Source of the DNA: a virus
Lineage: Duplodnaviria > Caudoviricetes
IMG/VR virus record: IMGVR_UViG_3300012665_000204
Coordinates: 1-38,227 of that record
Reading direction: 5' to 3' (one strand)
DNA: 38,227 nt
Shown: positions 32,974-38,227 of the stretch, in pieces
Numbering within the stretch: position 1 is the stretch's first letter
Layout of the letters: each line of letters begins with the position of its first letter
Program-made: the position numbers and the translations under genes
The notes under the pieces: model-generated
The model's input: only the letters and a program-made list of their open reading frames with translations
Databases searched by the model: none
What the model was told of the DNA's origin: nothing

Positions 32974-34026
32974 ATGGCTACTAATTCAATCGTAGGCGGT
33001 TTATTTGGTGCAGATCCAGCAGTATTACAAGCACAGCAACAACAAGCAGACATGCAGAATGCTGCTGCGTATGCTCAGATGGATCCAATGCAAAGAGCTA
33101 ACGCTAGTATCTATCAAGGATCTGCAGGTCTAGCTCGTCAAGCTGGTGGTCTTTTAGGTCTTCAAGACCCTATGCTGGCTCAAGCTACAGAGTTAAAGCA
33201 GATTGCTAGTCAGTATGATATTTCAACACCAGAAGGCTTGACTCAGTTAGCTCAGGCTATTCAGGGTAAGTATCCACAGCAAGCACAACAAGCTATTGCT
33301 GCTGCTCAGAAGATGAAACTAGATCAAGCAACTATCTACCAGAAGACTGGTGAGAATTTGAACTCGTTGATTGCTTCAGGTAAATACACACCTGAGTCTC
33401 TTGCTAAGTATCAACAAACACGCAATGCTGGTGATCTAGTTCCGTTTGTCGCTGCTGAGAAAATGGGTGAAGGAACTATTAAAGAAATAGCTACTGCAGA
33501 AAAGAACAACACTATTCTTACAAATAGTAATGCTAAACTAGATAGTTTAATTACAGACGTAGAAAACGGAGACATTCAGTTTGGTTTAGGTTCTCGTGCT
33601 GTAGCAATCGGTCAAAGATTTACCGGTACTCAAGATGCAAATACACGTAAATTGGACAGCTTGTCTAAGTTTATGGAAACAGAACGTAACAACATTTTGT
33701 TAGCTGCAAAAGGTACACAGACAGAAGGTGACGCTACACGTGCAATGGATCAGATCATTAAGAGTACTGATCTGAATAACCAAGAGAGTGTCGCTCAAGC
33801 ATTGAGAGATTTGAAAGCATACAAAGAATCACAGATTGCAGGAAACAATGCTTTTATTAGTTCTTTACAAGGAACACGTAAACTAGGCGGTGCTGCTACA
33901 ACCAACACAACACCACCAGCAGCTACGGGTGAATATGCTGACGACTACAAGAAATATGTAGCTAAATATGGTAATGTATTATCATACGCAGCCTACGCTG
34001 CTAAACGTAAACAAGCTGCACAATAA
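32974..34026 (+). CDS. Internal virion / DNA ejection protein
   Basis: Q/A-rich helical protein; position. Confidence 0.7.
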   Translation: MATNSIVGGLFGADPAVLQAQQQQADMQNAAAYAQMDPMQRANASIYQGSAGLARQAGGLLGLQDPMLAQATELKQIASQYDISTPEGLTQLAQAIQGKYPQQAQQAIAAAQKMKLDQATIYQKTGENLNSLIASGKYTPESLAKYQQTRNAGDLVPFVAAEKMGEGTIKEIATAEKNNTILTNSNAKLDSLITDVENGDIQFGLGSRAVAIGQRFTGTQDANTRKLDSLSKFMETERNNILLAAKGTQTEGDATRAMDQIIKSTDLNNQESVAQALRDLKAYKESQIAGNNAFISSLQGTRKLGGAATTNTTPPAATGEYADDYKKYVAKYGNVLSYAAYAAKRKQAAQ

Positions 34027-34035
34027 GGAGTTTTA

Positions 34036-36630
34036 ATGGCTCAGTATAAGTCAAAAGAAGAAGCAGGAAAAGCTCTATCCGCTAAGTTGCAAGCTAAAGG
34101 TCGTGAATTACTTCCTATCTACGATAGCAAAGACCCTAAAGATATTGCTAAAGCAGATAAATTAAAAGCTGAAATTGGTGCTATTCAGAATCAGTTAATG
34201 ATTAACAGTGGTGGTGTTGGTGCTTTTGGTGGAGGTATTGCTAAAGGTGTGACTAGTGTTGCTACAGCAATTCCTGACATTCTTACAATGGGTAAGAACC
34301 TATTTACTAAAGAGCAGACACCTTTAATTGGTGACATACTTACTCCGGGTTTAGAATCAACATCTAAAGACTCTGCTTTGTTGTTTGGTGCTGGTAAAGG
34401 TATTGGTAGTTCGTTAGGTTTAGGTAGAAAATTAACTGGTTTAAACATCGGTGCTAACGTTACTGATGAAACACTATTTGGCGGAACCCCTGTAGCTCAA
34501 TCAGTATTGGCTGTAGGTACTTTAGGTAAGGGTGGTTTTGATCTTGTGCGTAACATGCAGAAGAACAAACAAGTTAAAAACTTGATGAACCAGCTTGGAC
34601 CTGAAGAGCAGAATGCATTACAGCAATTTATGCTAAAAGGACAATCATCTAGCGATCCTGTCGTGTCTGGAATGGTTGCTAAGTTACGTCAGAATCCAAA
34701 GTATGCTGAGCTGTTTAACGTACTAGAAGCACAGGCTACTAAAGCTTCTACAGCAGGTGCTCGTGTTGAAACTAGAGCTGGCTATCCAAAAGAAGATGCT
34801 GGATCAGCAATCTTTCAAGCAGTAGATGGTAAAGTTCAGCAATTACGTGAGAATATTACAGTATTACCCCAAAGTAAGTTTGATGCTGCTAAGAAGATGG
34901 GCGGTAACAACGACATTCTGATGACAGATAATACTGTCAAGCAGCTTGATAATTTAATTGAAACATACGGTAAAAAAGGCACAGACGATTCCAAAGCTGC
35001 TGTGGCATTCTTACAAAGATTTAAAAATCAACTAACCACAGTTACATCTGAGGCATCACCTTCTGCAGCATCCGGTGTAAATAGACAGCTTGTTCAAACA
35101 GAAGCAGGATTAATGGTTGCACCCGGTGCGGTTGCTGACATTCCTGCTGGTACAGTAGGCACTACTTCTAAGATTTCAGTAGAAAAGATGCAAGCGTTGT
35201 TACAAGAGTTTGGCTCACAAGCTAAGCAAGGTGAGTCTTTAATTACTGATGTATCTTTAGGTACACAGAAGCAAATCGCTACAGCTATTTTTGGTGGTCT
35301 TAAAGACGATCTGAAACTAACAGCACAAGAGTCTACTGTTCCACGTATTCGTGAACTATCTCGTATACTTGAAGGAGCACGTGGTGATGTTGCTAAAGCT
35401 TACGGAGCATACGGAGATTTTATTGCACAAGGTCTTCCAGCAAAGTTAAAAGATACACCTTTGAATGCGATTGATACTGAAACATTATTACAAACTATTA
35501 AAGGTCTGTCTAATGCACAACGTGATAAATTAGCCGGTGTTCTACAAAACACTGCACCGGAAGATCTAAAGCGGATCCGTCAAGTAATGTATGATGACTT
35601 TACACAATCTGCTAAGACAACTCTGCCTGACGGAACAACAGGTGTAGACTTAAAACTGTTGGCAAATAAGTTTAATATGTTAGATGAGACTGATCGTAAA
35701 GCATTCGCTTTTGCTGTCGGTACTAACATTGATGATTTCTCTGGTCGCATGAAGGATGCTGAGAACTTCTTTAAGTATCAGCAAAGATACGGACAAGCCG
35801 TAGAAGGTGGAGATGCTTTAAATGCAAAGACTGTAGATGCTGTATCGTCTGCTGCTGCGGTAGCCCTTGGATACGGTCCTGCTAAAGCTGTTAACTTAAC
35901 TGGTCGTGTAATCAATAGACTTAAAAACGGTTTAACTGAAGAGGAAACTCTTAATCTGTTAATGGGTCCAGAGACTAAGGGTATCTTACGTGATGTTATT
36001 AAGAACCCTAACAGTGTTGAAACATTAAACAGAATTGAAACTTCTTTGTTTAAACCAGCAGCCTCAACGATTCGTCAAGGTGCTCAAATAGGTGTTACAG
36101 GTGTTGAAGGAATGCCTTCTAACGTAGCTCCTGTAGACGGTAAGCCGTTACAAAACAAAGCTGAGCCTTGGGACATCGGTGCTCCTACAGAGGCTCCTGC
36201 AGCCCCTAAGAGTGGCTCAGGCGAGGCTTGGGATTTAGGTGCTCCTCAGCAATTCTCACAAAGCGATATTGAACAGCAAATTCGTGCGGAGGCAGAGAAG
36301 CAAGGCTTGGGAAAGTATAGTGACCTGCTTGTTCGTCAAGCAAAGCAGGAATCTAATTTTAATCCTTATGCAACATCTCCTAAAGGTGCTGGTGGTATTT
36401 TCCAACACATGCCAGCCACTGCTAAAGAACTAGGTATTGATCCGTACGATCCGACACAAAGCATTCAAGGTGGTGTTAAGTACATGGGTCAACTACTAAA
36501 CAAGTACCAAGGAGACCAGACAAAGGCTCTAGCAGCTTACAACTGGGGTATGGGTAACGTAGATAGGCAAGGACTTGAAAAAGCTCCTGCAGAGACGCAG
36601 AACTACCTAAAGAACATCTTAGGGGTATAA
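34036..36630 (+). CDS. Large ejection protein with C-terminal lytic transglycosylase (SLT)
   Basis: QESNFNP...SPKGAGGIFQHMPAT...ALAAYNWG. Confidence 0.88.
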   Translation: MAQYKSKEEAGKALSAKLQAKGRELLPIYDSKDPKDIAKADKLKAEIGAIQNQLMINSGGVGAFGGGIAKGVTSVATAIPDILTMGKNLFTKEQTPLIGDILTPGLESTSKDSALLFGAGKGIGSSLGLGRKLTGLNIGANVTDETLFGGTPVAQSVLAVGTLGKGGFDLVRNMQKNKQVKNLMNQLGPEEQNALQQFMLKGQSSSDPVVSGMVAKLRQNPKYAELFNVLEAQATKASTAGARVETRAGYPKEDAGSAIFQAVDGKVQQLRENITVLPQSKFDAAKKMGGNNDILMTDNTVKQLDNLIETYGKKGTDDSKAAVAFLQRFKNQLTTVTSEASPSAASGVNRQLVQTEAGLMVAPGAVADIPAGTVGTTSKISVEKMQALLQEFGSQAKQGESLITDVSLGTQKQIATAIFGGLKDDLKLTAQESTVPRIRELSRILEGARGDVAKAYGAYGDFIAQGLPAKLKDTPLNAIDTETLLQTIKGLSNAQRDKLAGVLQNTAPEDLKRIRQVMYDDFTQSAKTTLPDGTTGVDLKLLANKFNMLDETDRKAFAFAVGTNIDDFSGRMKDAENFFKYQQRYGQAVEGGDALNAKTVDAVSSAAAVALGYGPAKAVNLTGRVINRLKNGLTEEETLNLLMGPETKGILRDVIKNPNSVETLNRIETSLFKPAASTIRQGAQIGVTGVEGMPSNVAPVDGKPLQNKAEPWDIGAPTEAPAAPKSGSGEAWDLGAPQQFSQSDIEQQIRAEAEKQGLGKYSDLLVRQAKQESNFNPYATSPKGAGGIFQHMPATAKELGIDPYDPTQSIQGGVKYMGQLLNKYQGDQTKALAAYNWGMGNVDRQGLEKAPAETQNYLKNILGV

Positions 36631-36660
36631 AAAGAAAGGGACTCGAAAGTCCCTTTTTTG
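36629..36660. terminator. Bidirectional intrinsic terminator between the convergent arms
   Basis: A-rich run, GGGACT-CGAA-AGTCCC stem-loop, TTTTTT. Confidence 0.9.
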
Positions 36661-36810
36661 TTACTCGAAGTCTACATCATCTTCGTGTGGTTTGCTAAAG
36701 ATTATCCTAAGTACTCCTAGGTCGATAGCAAAGTGTGCTTCATCATCCCAGTCAGGGACGTACTCAAATCCAACACTAAAGCCACAAATCCAATGGAACA
36801 TAATAATCAT
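36661..36810 (-). CDS. Small hypothetical protein (49 aa)
   Basis: Hand translation MIIMFHWICGFSVGFEY...IDLGVLRIIF; ATGA overlap with the RNR stop. Confidence 0.75.
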   Translation of the reverse strand: MIIMFHWICGFSVGFEYVPDWDDEAHFAIDLGVLRIIFSKPHEDDVDFE

Positions 36811-38227
36811 ATTGAACATCCTCCGGCTGTACAGGACAGCATTTGTGCTCCTTCGACATTATCGTCGTACTCCTTAAAGTTCTCCCAGTCTACTGTAGTC
36901 GGTACTAATGACTTCAATCGATTGAAAGTTTCCACATCACATTCCTCGTAAGGTGCTTGCTTGTATGTACCACCATCCATCGGTAGGAATGATACACCAG
37001 TGACTTCATCAAAGTGCTTGAATGTCCATGCTCCGACATCCATCCATTCGTTCTCTAACACAGAGATGGTTACTGAAGGCTTATGCTCACAGTAGTGACG
37101 CTGAAACAGTAACCACAACTTCAAGTGTTGAATAGCAGACAAGTCTTCACGCAACAAACCACCTTCAGCAACTTCTACAGGGAAACTAAATACTGTAGTT
37201 GATTCTGGCTTCATCACGCAAGGCTCTGCAACAAAACCAGCTTGAATCATAAACTGTGTTAACGGGTCTTTATTGTCAGCACGAACACGTCTAATATAAT
37301 ACTTACTATGTTGAGGATGAATACCGCTTGCAGTAGAACAGAGTTGAGAAACAGTTCCTTCAGGCTTAACGGCAGTAACAGCAACAGACTGGTTAATGCC
37401 AATACTGTTAGCATATTCAGCGTTCGTAGCAATAGCAATATCACGTAGTGCCTCCAATCGAGCAGGTAATCCTTCATCATCAGGATTGTTAAGTAAAGTG
37501 TTATCGCAGATACCGGTCATTGATACACCTAAGAGTGCTTCTTCTTCTGTATTCTTCTGCCACACTTTACGCAAGTAAGGGAAGTCTGTTAACGACGCTT
37601 GAAAAGTTCCAAGAATTGTAGCAAGCCTAATCTTATTAGCAATACTATCTTCAGTGTCAGTAGAGCGAATGATGCAAGAAGACAAATTACAGAATTGATA
37701 AGGACGTAGAATGATTTCTGAACAGGGATTGGTTCCGAATTCATAGGTCGCATCACGTCGTCCATTCTTAGCAGCTTGCACCTGAGAAGCATCACGATTG
37801 AAGATTCCACGCTCTCCGCTATGTGATTCATATATTGAACTCCATTCTCTCATAAATTGACCAACATAAGGTGTCTCAGTGTACGTAGCAGAGTTGTTAG
37901 CTAATGCACGTTGACCTTGACCATCCCACCAATTACCTGCTTTAGCATGAGCCATCTTATCGTCTGATAAGTCTGACAAGCTAATCATTGCACTCCGTCT
38001 GACTCCACCCACAACAACAACTTCCCCGATTTTGCACAGAATATCATGACACTCAAGGGAAGACAAACGGCGACCAACTGCTCCTTTAAACTTGGTAACG
38101 CAAAACTTATAAAGTTCTTCCAAAGGACCGGGTCCAGATGCTCTTCCGCCGAACGTTTTAAGACGTGCTCCTGCAGGACGAACTCGTGATACGTCAAACT
38201 TTGGAATCTCGCCAGCGTACAGAAGAG
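36807..38227 (-). CDS. nrdJ: Class II ribonucleotide reductase, C-terminal part
   Basis: GGVRRSA, TNPCSEI, FCNL, KPEGT, C-terminal CTAGGC; no beta subunit gene seen. Confidence 0.93.
   Translation of the reverse strand, partial: LLYAGEIPKFDVSRVRPAGARLKTFGGRASGPGPLEELYKFCVTKFKGAVGRRLSSLECHDILCKIGEVVVVGGVRRSAMISLSDLSDDKMAHAKAGNWWDGQGQRALANNSATYTETPYVGQFMREWSSIYESHSGERGIFNRDASQVQAAKNGRRDATYEFGTNPCSEIILRPYQFCNLSSCIIRSTDTEDSIANKIRLATILGTFQASLTDFPYLRKVWQKNTEEEALLGVSMTGICDNTLLNNPDDEGLPARLEALRDIAIATNAEYANSIGINQSVAVTAVKPEGTVSQLCSTASGIHPQHSKYYIRRVRADNKDPLTQFMIQAGFVAEPCVMKPESTTVFSFPVEVAEGGLLREDLSAIQHLKLWLLFQRHYCEHKPSVTISVLENEWMDVGAWTFKHFDEVTGVSFLPMDGGTYKQAPYEECDVETFNRLKSLVPTTVDWENFKEYDDNVEGAQMLSCTAGGCSI

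Noticed and set aside
37994-38227. 234-bp end repeat as a biological terminal repeat
   Set aside because: It lies mid-RNR with the frame continuous across the join; assembly overlap

Overview
The window is an apparently complete, circularly assembled dsDNA podovirus-type phage genome of about 37,993 bp; bases 1-234 are repeated exactly at 37994-38227, inside the RNR gene. It has two oppositely transcribed arms. The minus-strand arm carries early genes, a T7-like primase-helicase, a family A DNA polymerase, SSB, nucleases and a class II (B12) ribonucleotide reductase. The plus-strand arm carries terminase, portal, capsid, modular tail fibres, lysis, tail tube and ejection proteins. The arms converge on a bidirectional terminator at about 36630-36660 and diverge from a ~1 kb non-coding region (12721-13742). 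I see no RNA polymerase, integrase or repressor; transcription appears to use near-consensus sigma70 promoters, a layout reminiscent of Zobellviridae/cobaviruses (inference). The main unexplained signals are: (i) the divergent non-coding region is packed with matches to host protein binding sites (Fur, OxyR, LexA, 3-4 SlmA-like sites, IHF); (ii) two copies of a bipartite leader element sit behind the replication and late promoters; (iii) a probable overprinted Ser/Lys-rich gene distorts codon usage inside the DNA polymerase gene. All assignments come from reading motifs by eye; no searches were run.
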